From: a virus | Taxonomy: Duplodnaviria > Heunggongvirae > Uroviricota > Caudoviricetes | Reading direction: 5' to 3' (one strand) | Length of the DNA: 9,601 nt | IMG/VR virus record: IMGVR_UViG_2698536337_000007 | Part shown: one piece after another, positions 1 through 6,116 of the stretch | Layout of the letters: every line of letters starts with the position of its first letter | How positions within the stretch are numbered: the first letter of the stretch is position 1 | Program-made: the position numbers and the translations under genes | The notes under the pieces: generated by a model | Told to the model about the DNA's origin: nothing | The model's database searches: none | The model's input: the letters and a program-made list of their open reading frames with translations, nothing else

Positions 1-1
1 C

Positions 2-25
2 ACAGCTTACGAACCTGAGGAGTAA
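2..25 (+). CDS. hok: 3' end (last 7 codons plus stop) of a Hok/Gef-family type I toxin gene; the gene start lies upstream of the window
   Basis: Reading from position 2 gives T-A-Y-E-P-E-E-stop (TAA 23-25), which matches the C-terminus I recall for HokD/RelF-type toxins. It is followed by a GC-rich structured region and an intrinsic terminator, as expected for a hok mRNA 3' end. Only 7 residues are visible, so this is tentative. Confidence 0.4.
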   Translation, partial: TAYEPEE

Positions 26-94
26 GAGACCAGGCGGGGGAGAAATCCCTCGCCACCTCTGATGGGTCAGGCATCCTCAATGCACCCACACTTA

Positions 95-120
95 ACCCGC
101 TTCGGCGGGTTTTTGTTTTT
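95..120 (+). terminator. Rho-independent terminator downstream of the hok-like gene
   Basis: Stem acccgc (95-100), loop ttcg, stem gcgggt (105-110), followed by tttttgttttt. Confidence 0.6.
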
Positions 121-245
121 ATTTTCAACGCGTTTGAAGTTTTAGATGGTGCCGGAATAGAATCAAAAATACTTAAGTAGCGCGCAGGGAGAAGAGGGAT
201 GGACCCCGAACAGGGGAGTGCTATTTATCTGGAAGGATTCTGTTG

Positions 246-527
246 ATGAAAATCGAAGAATTACGTGAAATTTTTAGTGAAGATGGCCTCTATACTGTGC
301 GCGTTGAGAATGGCGCTATTGTCAGCCACTGCCTTCCAGACTACACAATTCTGATAATTCAGCCGTCTTTGCCAGCAGGCACGGGCGGCGCTCTCACGCA
401 TTTAAATCTGATTGGTACCAGCATCCCCCATGCACTGAAGAACAGGCCGAATGGCTCATTCAGTGTTACCGCAGGCGCGGATGCGAGGTTAAAAAAGCCC
501 TTAGCCTCGACTACCGTCACTGGATAA
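246..527 (+). CDS. Hypothetical small protein (93 aa from the ATG at 246); sits between hok and the DUF968 gene, the slot occupied by rem in Qin-like prophages
   Basis: ORF track 243..527; ATG at 246 preceded by aagga (233-237). The C-terminal half has low-complexity composition and the call rests on position only. Confidence 0.3.
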   Translation: MKIEELREIFSEDGLYTVRVENGAIVSHCLPDYTILIIQPSLPAGTGGALTHLNLIGTSIPHALKNRPNGSFSVTAGADARLKKPLASTTVTG

Positions 528-602
528 TCTCCGTCAGGCTCCCTTACTCCGAACGGCCAACGCGTCCGTCCCGCACATTCCAGCAACGGATCTGGAGGTA
601 AT

Positions 603-1661
603 GTGCGGGTATTACTTCGACCTGTTCTGGTACCGGAACTCGGTCTGGTTATCGTTAAGCCAGGCCGTGAATCAATGTCAGCATTCCATAACGGCAGAAT
701 ACTGGTGGAGCCGGAACCAAAAAGCATGCGTAATCTGCCGTCCGGGGTCGTTCCTGCCGCTCGCCAGCCGCTGGTGGAAGACAAAACATTGCTGCCGTTT
801 TTCAGTAACGCACGGGTGATTCGTGCTGCTGGTGGTGCTGGTGCATTGTCTGACTGGCTGTTGCGCCATATTAAATCCTGCCAGTGGCCACACGGCGATT
901 ATCATCACAGCGAAACCGTCATTCACCGTTATGGTACCGGCGCAATGGTGTTGTGCTGGCACTGCGACAACCAGCTGCGTGACCAGACATCCGAATCACT
1001 CGAGCAACTTGCTCATCAAAACCTGTCAGCATGGATGATTGACGTCATCGGTCACGCAATAAGCGGTACGCAGGAGCGTGAATTATCTCTGGCTGAATTA
1101 TCCTGGTGGGCGGTCCGCAATCAGGTGGCGGACGCGCTACCGGAAGCGGTATTACGTCGTTCGCTGGGGTTGCGTGCGGAAAAAATTCGCTCTGTGTACA
1201 GTGAAAGCGACATCATACCGGGAGAGCAGACAGCCACCAGCATACTGAAGCAGCGCACAAAAAATATTGCGTTACTGCCTCACGTCCACCAGCAACAGAA
1301 CCCACCACAGGAAAAGACGGTGGTCAGCATTGCCGTTGATCCGGAGTCACCGGCTCAGTATCTCCAGCGCCAGAAATCACAACGGGAAGAGATGCCTGTA
1401 TACACGCGCTGGGTAAAAACGCAGAAATGCATGACGTGTGGCAATCAGGCAGATGATCCGCATCACATCATTGGTCATGGACTGGGAGGGATGGGAACAA
1501 AGGCTGATGATTTGTTTGTTATTCCGTTATGCCGTAAATGCCGTAACGAACTACATGCCGGAGTAAAAGATTTTGAAGAGAAACACGGCAGTCAGCTGTT
1601 GTTGCTGATTCGTTTTTTAATGCACGCGAGAAATTCGGGTGTTCTGAAGTGGAAAGCATAA
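603..1661 (+). CDS. DUF968-like (YdfU-like) prophage protein with a C-terminal Cys/His zinc-finger or HNH-like motif
   Basis: 352-codon ORF. C-terminus reads CMTCGNQADDPHHIIGHG...LCRKCRNELH (CxxC..HH..CxxC..H). GGAGG at 594-598 precedes the GTG at 603; in-frame ATGs at 675 and 729 are alternative starts. The stop abuts the rusA start (TAA 1659-1661, ATG 1662). Confidence 0.6.
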   Translation: MRVLLRPVLVPELGLVIVKPGRESMSAFHNGRILVEPEPKSMRNLPSGVVPAARQPLVEDKTLLPFFSNARVIRAAGGAGALSDWLLRHIKSCQWPHGDYHHSETVIHRYGTGAMVLCWHCDNQLRDQTSESLEQLAHQNLSAWMIDVIGHAISGTQERELSLAELSWWAVRNQVADALPEAVLRRSLGLRAEKIRSVYSESDIIPGEQTATSILKQRTKNIALLPHVHQQQNPPQEKTVVSIAVDPESPAQYLQRQKSQREEMPVYTRWVKTQKCMTCGNQADDPHHIIGHGLGGMGTKADDLFVIPLCRKCRNELHAGVKDFEEKHGSQLLLLIRFLMHARNSGVLKWKA

Positions 1662-2042
1662 ATGACCGAGCGCATAGAATTTGTTTTACCTTACCCGCCG
1701 ACGGTGAACACTTACTGGCGTCGTCGTGGCAGCACATATTTTGTATCAAAAGCCGGGGAGCGTTATCGCCGGGCAGTGGCGCTTATTGTTCGCCAGCAGC
1801 GGCTGAAATTAAGCCTGTCCGGAAGGTTGGCAATAAAAATTATTGCAGAACCACCGGATAAGCGCCGCCGTGACCTGGACAATATTCTGAAAGCGCCGCT
1901 GGATGCGCTGACGCATGCGGGGTTGCTAATGGACGATGAGCAGTTTGATGAAATCAATATCGTTCGTGGTCAGCCAGTATCTGGTGGACGTCTGGGGGTG
2001 AAGATTTACCCCATAATGCATGAAGAGCAGGTCAAAAAATGA
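1662..2042 (+). CDS. rusA: Crossover junction endodeoxyribonuclease RusA (Holliday junction resolvase)
   Basis: 126-aa product MTERIEFVLPYPPTVNTYWRRRG...DKRRRDLDNILKAPLDALTHAGLLMDDEQ matches the RusA family pattern (PxxxNxYxR, RRRDLDN, DALT..G...DD) as I recall it. Typical position upstream of Q; ATGA overlap with the next gene. Confidence 0.85.
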   Translation: MTERIEFVLPYPPTVNTYWRRRGSTYFVSKAGERYRRAVALIVRQQRLKLSLSGRLAIKIIAEPPDKRRRDLDNILKAPLDALTHAGLLMDDEQFDEINIVRGQPVSGGRLGVKIYPIMHEEQVKK

Positions 2043-2860
2043 AACTGGAAGATTTACCGAAATACTACTCCCCAAAATCCCCCGGCCTGACTGATGCATC
2101 GGCCTCAACGTCGAAAGATGCGCTGAGTATCACTGATGTGATGGCCGCGCAGGGCATGACACAGAATCGGGCTGAGATGGGGGTTTCTGCGTTCCTTGGG
2201 AAAATGGGCATTAGTATGAATGACAGAGAGCGGGCAACAGAATTGCTGACAGAATATGCACTCAGTCGGTGTGATCGCGTGGCGGCGTTAAGAAAACTCC
2301 CGGCAGAAATAAAACCGGCAGTGATGCGTATTATGGCTTCGTATGCGTTTGAAGATTATGCCCGTAGCGCGGCGAGCAAAAAACAGTGCCCCTGCTGTCA
2401 CGGAAAAAAATTTATTGAAAGCGAGGTTTTTACAAACAAGATCCAGTATCCGGATGGTAAGCCGCCGGTATGGGCAAAGTGTACGAAAGGTGTGTATCCG
2501 TCTTACTGGGAAGAATGGAAAAAAGTCAGGGAGGTGGTAAAAGTTGCCTGTCCGGAGTGTGGCGGAAAGGGTGAGGTTTCCACCGCCTGTAAGGATTGCC
2601 GTGGGCGTGGTGTCGCCATTCATCGTGAAGAGTCGGTAAAACGTGGTATGCCTGTTATCAGAGACTGCCAGCGTTGTGGTGGTCGTGGCTATGAAAGACT
2701 ACCATCAACGGAGGCATTTAATGCTATATGCGAGGTGACAAACCAGATAACACGCGCGTCATGGGAAAAAACAGTTAAGAAATTCTATGATGCGCTGGTG
2801 ACTCGGTTTGATATTGAAGAAGCATGGGCTGAGCGGCAGTTAAAAAAGGTAACTAGGTAA
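2039..2860 (+). CDS. Late-gene antiterminator Q candidate (large Q82/QuuQ-like size class), containing DnaJ-type CxxCxGxG zinc-finger repeats
   Basis: 273-aa ORF translationally coupled to rusA. It sits immediately upstream of a pR'-like promoter and tR'-like terminator. Cys motifs: CPCCHGKK, CPECGGKG, CKDCRGRG, CQRCGGRG. Assignment is by synteny and zinc-binding character, not by recognised sequence identity. Confidence 0.55.
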   Translation: MKLEDLPKYYSPKSPGLTDASASTSKDALSITDVMAAQGMTQNRAEMGVSAFLGKMGISMNDRERATELLTEYALSRCDRVAALRKLPAEIKPAVMRIMASYAFEDYARSAASKKQCPCCHGKKFIESEVFTNKIQYPDGKPPVWAKCTKGVYPSYWEEWKKVREVVKVACPECGGKGEVSTACKDCRGRGVAIHREESVKRGMPVIRDCQRCGGRGYERLPSTEAFNAICEVTNQITRASWEKTVKKFYDALVTRFDIEEAWAERQLKKVTR

Positions 2861-2865
2861 CAAGG

Positions 2866-2893
2866 TTGATTTTTCCGGAATCTGTGGTAAATT
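2866..2893 (+). promoter_or_regulatory. pR'-like late promoter (-35 TTGATT, 16-nt spacer, -10 TAAATT)
   Basis: Hexamers at 2866-2871 and 2888-2893, directly after the Q-slot stop. The initial transcribed region cgtcatAACGATGGG (2894-2908) resembles the lambda pR' -10 and AACGATGGG promoter-proximal pause segment as I recall it. Confidence 0.5.
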
Positions 2894-2941
2894 CGTCATA
2901 ACGATGGGCGTTTTATGCCTGACGTTAGAAGAGTTTCTACA

Positions 2942-2964
2942 ACCCGCCGCCGAGCGGGTTTTTT
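2942..2964 (+). terminator. tR'-like intrinsic terminator, about 65 nt downstream of the predicted late start site
   Basis: Stem acccgc (2942-2947), loop cgccga, stem gcgggt (2954-2959), then a T-run through 2964. Confidence 0.55.
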
Positions 2965-3084
2965 ATGACTGAAATCGCGTCAGTACAGTAAACGCGCTGG
3001 TGGCGGTGAATACCTGTCTTTCAGCTTGCTGGCTTTTTCGACAAGAGTTATTGGTGTGTCACGTTAACCGGAAAAGGAAAAGAC

Positions 3085-3282
3085 ATGCTAAAACAGCAGG
3101 ATATGACAGAAACCGCCAGAGTGGTGTTTAATGAATTAAGCGTTACCGAACCGGCGACAGTCGGGGAGATAGCGCAGAATACTTACCTTTCACGCGAACG
3201 CTGCCAGTTAATACTGACCCAGCTGGTTATGGCGGGTCTGGCAGACTATCAGTTCGGTTGTTACAGACGCCTTCCGCAGTGA
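3085..3282 (+). CDS. Small (65 aa) winged-helix-like putative DNA-binding protein
   Basis: SD aagga about 6 nt before the ATG. The segment ATVGEIAQNTYLSRERCQLILTQLVMAGLA has a helix-turn-helix-like pattern reminiscent of small PapI/FaeA-type regulators (weak, pattern-level only). The stop is embedded in a terminator hairpin. Confidence 0.45.
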   Translation: MLKQQDMTETARVVFNELSVTEPATVGEIAQNTYLSRERCQLILTQLVMAGLADYQFGCYRRLPQ

Positions 3283-3296
3283 AGGCTTTTTTATTT
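3269..3296 (+). terminator. Rho-independent terminator overlapping the stop of the small winged-helix ORF
   Basis: Stem gccttc (3269-3274), loop cgcagt, stem gaaggc (3281-3286), then ttttttattt. Confidence 0.55.
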
Positions 3297-3309
3297 GTGG
3301 TAAATGGGC

Positions 3310-3340
3310 GGCTGGTGGGTGTTAGGGGCACCCACCAGCC
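3310..3340. repeat. Perfect 12-bp inverted repeat (ggctggtgggtg / cacccaccagcc) with a 7-nt loop; contains a Chi octamer on each strand
   Basis: Arms at 3310-3321 and 3329-3340; no U-tract on either side, so it is not a canonical terminator. GCTGGTGG at 3311-3318 and its complement at 3332-3339. Confidence 0.7.
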
Positions 3341-3432
3341 ATCTGCTCATGCGTTGGGTTCACAAGCAAACCTCAGGCCCACTGCTTTGCGCAAAAGCAG
3401 AATGAGCCTATCAGAGACAGGCTTAATGATCC

Positions 3433-4491
3433 ATGCTTAATACTGTAAAAATATCCAGTTGTGAGTTAATCAACGCCGACTGCCTGGAATTTATCCGGTC
3501 GTTACCCGAAAATTCTGTTGACCTGATAGTCACGGACCCGCCGTACTTTAAAGTGAAGCCTGAGGGCTGGGATAACCAGTGGAAGGGCGACGATGATTAC
3601 CTGAAGTGGCTGGACCAGTGTCTGGCGCAGTTCTGGCGGGTGCTGAAACCTGCCGGAAGTCTTTACCTGTTCTGTGGTCATCGCCTGGCATCTGATATCG
3701 AAATCATGATGCGTGAACGCTTCAGTGTGCTGAACCATATTATCTGGGCGAAGCCGTCCGGACGCTGGAACGGATGCAACAAGGAAAGCCTGCGGGCGTA
3801 TTTCCCCGCCACAGAGCGCATTCTGTTCGCGGAACATTATCAGGGGCCGTATCGTCCGAAAGATGCCGGGTATGCGGCGAAGGGCAGTGCACTGAAACAG
3901 CATGTGATGGCCCCGCTGATTTCTTACTTTCGTGATGCGCGAGCTGCCCTGGGGATAACGGCAAAACAGATTGCAGATGCCACAGGAAAGAAAAACATGG
4001 TGTCGCACTGGTTCAGTGCCGGTCAGTGGCAGTTGCCGAATGAAAGCGATTATCTGAAATTACAGGCGCTGTTTGCCCGGGTGGCAGAAGAGAAGCATCG
4101 GCGTGGTGAACTGGAAAAGCTCCACCACCAGCTGGTGGATACGTATACCTCACTGAACCGGCAGTATGCGGAGCTGCTGAGTGAATATAAACATCTGCGG
4201 CGGTATTTTGGCGTGACGGTGCAGGTGCCGTATACCGATGTGTGGACGCATAAACCGGTGCAGTTCTATCCCGGGAAACATCCGTGCGAAAAACCGGCAG
4301 AAATGCTGCAGCAGATAATCAGCGCTAGCAGTCGTCCGGGTGACCTGATTGCAGATTTTTTCATGGGGTTGGGTTCGACAGTGAAAGCGGCACTGGCGCT
4401 CGGGCGTCGTGCAATTGGCGTTGAGCTGGAGACTGAACGTTTTGAGCAGACGGTTCGGGAAGTACAGGATTTAGTCAGCCAGAACGGATGA
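3433..4491 (+). CDS. Orphan DNA amino-methyltransferase (N6-adenine or N4-cytosine), beta-class motif order
   Basis: 352 aa. Catalytic DPPY motif near the N-terminus (DLIVTDPPYF) and SAM-binding FxGxG-type motif near the C-terminus (ADFFMGLGST). No restriction endonuclease partner is visible in the window. Confidence 0.85.
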   Translation: MLNTVKISSCELINADCLEFIRSLPENSVDLIVTDPPYFKVKPEGWDNQWKGDDDYLKWLDQCLAQFWRVLKPAGSLYLFCGHRLASDIEIMMRERFSVLNHIIWAKPSGRWNGCNKESLRAYFPATERILFAEHYQGPYRPKDAGYAAKGSALKQHVMAPLISYFRDARAALGITAKQIADATGKKNMVSHWFSAGQWQLPNESDYLKLQALFARVAEEKHRRGELEKLHHQLVDTYTSLNRQYAELLSEYKHLRRYFGVTVQVPYTDVWTHKPVQFYPGKHPCEKPAEMLQQIISASSRPGDLIADFFMGLGSTVKAALALGRRAIGVELETERFEQTVREVQDLVSQNG

Positions 4492-4531
4492 TATTGAAGA
4501 ATTAATTACGCGTCGTTATTATGCGGCTCCC

Positions 4532-4607
4532 GGCCCTTTAGCTCAGTGGTGAGAGCGAGCGACTCATAATCGCCAGGTCGCTGGTTCAAATCCAGCAAGG
4601 GCCACCA
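4532..4607 (+). tRNA. ileZ: tRNA-Ile2 (anticodon CAU, lysidine type; formally CAU could also be Met)
   Basis: Cloverleaf folded by hand: acceptor ggccctt/aagggcc, anticodon loop ctCATaa, T-loop ttcaaat, encoded CCA. Close to my recollection of E. coli ileX. Symbol given by positional analogy to the Stx-phage ileZ-argN-argO arrangement. Confidence 0.85.
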
Positions 4608-4614
4608 TCACATA

Positions 4615-4691
4615 CCGCCATTAGCTCATCAGGAAAGAGCGCCAGCCTTCGAAGCTGGCTGCGCGGGGTTCAAGTCCCCGATGGCGGTCCA
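4615..4691 (+). tRNA. argN: tRNA-Arg (anticodon UCG)
   Basis: Acceptor ccgccat/atggcgg (C1:G72), D-stem gctc/gagc, anticodon stem ccagc/gctgg with loop ctTCGaa, T-arm cgggg-ttcaagt-ccccg, discriminator t, encoded CCA. Confidence 0.8.
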
Positions 4692-4704
4692 TTATCTGCA
4701 TTCA

Positions 4705-4781
4705 GCGTTGTTAGCTCAGCCGGACAGAGCAATTGCCTTCTAAGCAATCGGTCACTGGTTCGAATCCAGTACAACGCGCCA
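4705..4781 (+). tRNA. argO: tRNA-Arg (anticodon UCU, reads AGA/AGG)
   Basis: Acceptor gcgttgt/acaacgc, anticodon stem attgc/gcaat with loop ctTCTaa, T-arm actgg-ttcgaat-ccagt, encoded CCA. Confidence 0.85.
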
Positions 4782-4795
4782 CACTTATTTTCCCT

Positions 4796-4821
4796 GGCTC
4801 GCTTTTGCGGGCCTTTTTTTT
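4796..4821 (+). terminator. Intrinsic terminator after the tRNA cluster
   Basis: Stem ggctcgc / gcgggcc (one G-U pair), loop tttt, followed by 8 T. Confidence 0.55.
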
Positions 4822-5193
4822 AAATGTCTCACAATTCAGACGGTTGACAGTTGTCTGTTTTGCGGGGAGTTTGTTAAAAGAAACTGGCATGGTGAATCCC
4901 CCTGTGCGGAGGGGCAATCAGCGAGTAGGTATATGGGATAATCGCGGATTCAGGTGCTGGTACTGAATTCACCGGGAGGCACCCGGCATCATGCANNNNN
5001 NNNNNNNNNNNNNNNNNNNNNNNNNNNNNNNNNNNNNNNNNNNNNNNNNNNNNNNNNNNNNNNNNNNNNNNNNNNNNNNNNNNNNNNNNNNNNNNNNNNN
5101 NNNNNNNNNNNNNNNNNNNNNNNNNNNNNNNNNNNNNNNNNNNNNNNNNNNNNNNATAGCGCCACTCTCCAGCCCTCTCCGGAGGGGCTTTTC
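4821..5193 (+). repeat. Copy A of a duplicated structured element (candidate small RNA: promoter-like TTGACA, internal hairpins, terminator-like 3' end); interrupted by a 160-nt N-run
   Basis: 4831-4995 is about 97% identical (4 mismatches in 165 nt) to 5893-6057. TTGACA at 4844-4849. Terminator-like hairpin agccctc..gaggggct at 5171-5189 followed by tttt. Confidence 0.65.
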
Positions 5194-5360
5194 TGTGCCG
5201 GATACATCACAGTTTCTGGAACCTTAGGTACTACAGTATCAGTCAGGGTGCTATATTTTCAGATGTGATGAAAGCCTGTCAGCAGGCAGGNNNNNNNNNN
5301 NATGTTTGTCAAAAATAAAAGTTCTGTTAAGTATTGATTGAGTGTTTGTTATACGGTCTA

Positions 5361-5687
5361 ATGGTTTTTTCAGCATTAAATATTTATCATTCATATGGTG
5401 TGGGTAGAGTGAATATTGATGAGGCGTCGGGGTGTTTCATCCTTAGGCAGCGTATTGATATAGTCAATGCAGCACGAGCAAAGGCCTTCAGCCGTTTGAC
5501 AGTTTTGTTCTGTACTCCTGATCGTCTTTCGGGAAGAGACGTTATTATTCTGAATAGTGATGCTATACAGAGGGTTTGCGATGAGTTCATGGTTGCTAAT
5601 TCAGAATTATTTGCTCTTGTTCAGGAGTACAACAGAATAGCCAGGACCTGTGGTATGGATGAACTTCGGATTACTCATCTGGGGTAG
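5361..5687 (+). CDS. Hypothetical protein (108 aa from the ATG at 5361; ORF track opens at the TTG at 5334), cargo ORF in the stx slot
   Basis: Longest ORF in the unique segment between the two repeat copies. It contains 3 AGA, 3 AGG, 3 ATA and 1 CGA codons, matching the adjacent tRNA set. Weak SD; no recognisable family. Confidence 0.35.
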   Translation: MVFSALNIYHSYGVGRVNIDEASGCFILRQRIDIVNAARAKAFSRLTVLFCTPDRLSGRDVIILNSDAIQRVCDEFMVANSELFALVQEYNRIARTCGMDELRITHLG

Positions 5688-5883
5688 ATACATATCTGGA
5701 TTATCACCTGTTACGGTAAAAAGTGATTGCTTACTGTTTTTGTGAATGGCATTGCAGCAGCCGGATAATGTCAGTGCTGGCTGACGGTGTGCTGGTGGCG
5801 GGTGTGGTGGTTGTTGCTTTCCCGTTGCTGAAAAAGAAAACGCCAGACTGTTAGCCGGGTATCAGTTAGCGGGAGAAATTTTT

Positions 5884-6116
5884 AAATACTTCACAATTCA
5901 GGCGGTTGACTGTTGTCTGGTTTGCGGGGAGTTTGTTAAAAGAAACTGGCATGGTGAATCCCCCTGTGCGGAGGGGCAATCAGCGAGTAGGTATATGGGA
6001 TAATCGCGGATTCAGGTGCTGGTACTGAATTCACCGGGAGGCACCCGGCACCATGCAATGGCACATAGCGCCACTCTCCAGCCCCTCTCCGGAGGGGCTG
6101 TTTATATTGATTTTGT
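5884..6116 (+). repeat. Copy B of the duplicated structured element (candidate small RNA), uninterrupted
   Basis: TTGACT at 5906-5911; hairpins cccct..agggg (5961-5976) and ccggg..cccgg (6034-6048); terminator-like 8-bp stem agcccctc/gaggggct (6080-6099) followed by the U-rich tail gtttatattgattttg. Confidence 0.65.

Noticed and set aside
359-784. 141-aa minus-strand ORF
   Set aside because: Overlaps the small ORF and the DUF968 N-terminus on the opposite strand; composition (Gly/Arg/Pro/Ser/Thr-rich) looks like antisense translation of a coding region.
601-819. 72-aa plus-strand ORF in frame 1
   Set aside because: Trp/Cys-rich off-frame read-through of the DUF968 gene; the real gene is in the frame starting at 603 (or 675/729).
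678-1038. ORFs 678..962 (-) and 823..1038 (+)
   Set aside because: Lie entirely inside the DUF968 coding region in other frames; no start signals.
1519-2108. ORFs 1519..1749 (-), 1649..1861 (+), 1763..1957 (-), 1926..2108 (-)
   Set aside because: Shadow ORFs overlapping the DUF968 end, rusA and the Q-slot start; rusA and the neighbouring genes explain the region.
2288-2623. ORFs 2288..2623 (-) and 2343..2540 (+)
   Set aside because: Internal to the Q-slot gene in alternative frames.
3258-3440. 60-aa ORF spanning the region between the small winged-helix gene and the methyltransferase
   Set aside because: Reads through an intrinsic terminator and the 12-bp palindrome; no SD; better explained as structured non-coding spacer.
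3502-4008. ORFs 3502..4008 (-) and 3740..3964 (-)
   Set aside because: Antisense to the well-supported methyltransferase gene.
4711-4966. ORFs 4711..4917 (-) and 4733..4966 (+)
   Set aside because: Overlap the third tRNA, its terminator and repeat copy A; hairpin-rich sequence is more consistent with RNA structure than coding.
4954-5268. ORFs 4954..5268, 4991..5227 (+) and 4989..5210 (-)
   Set aside because: Open only because N translates to X; they span the 160-nt N-run and cannot be evaluated.
5387-5590. 67-aa minus-strand ORF
   Set aside because: Antisense to the longer plus-strand cargo ORF, with no SD; kept only the plus-strand call, itself at low confidence.
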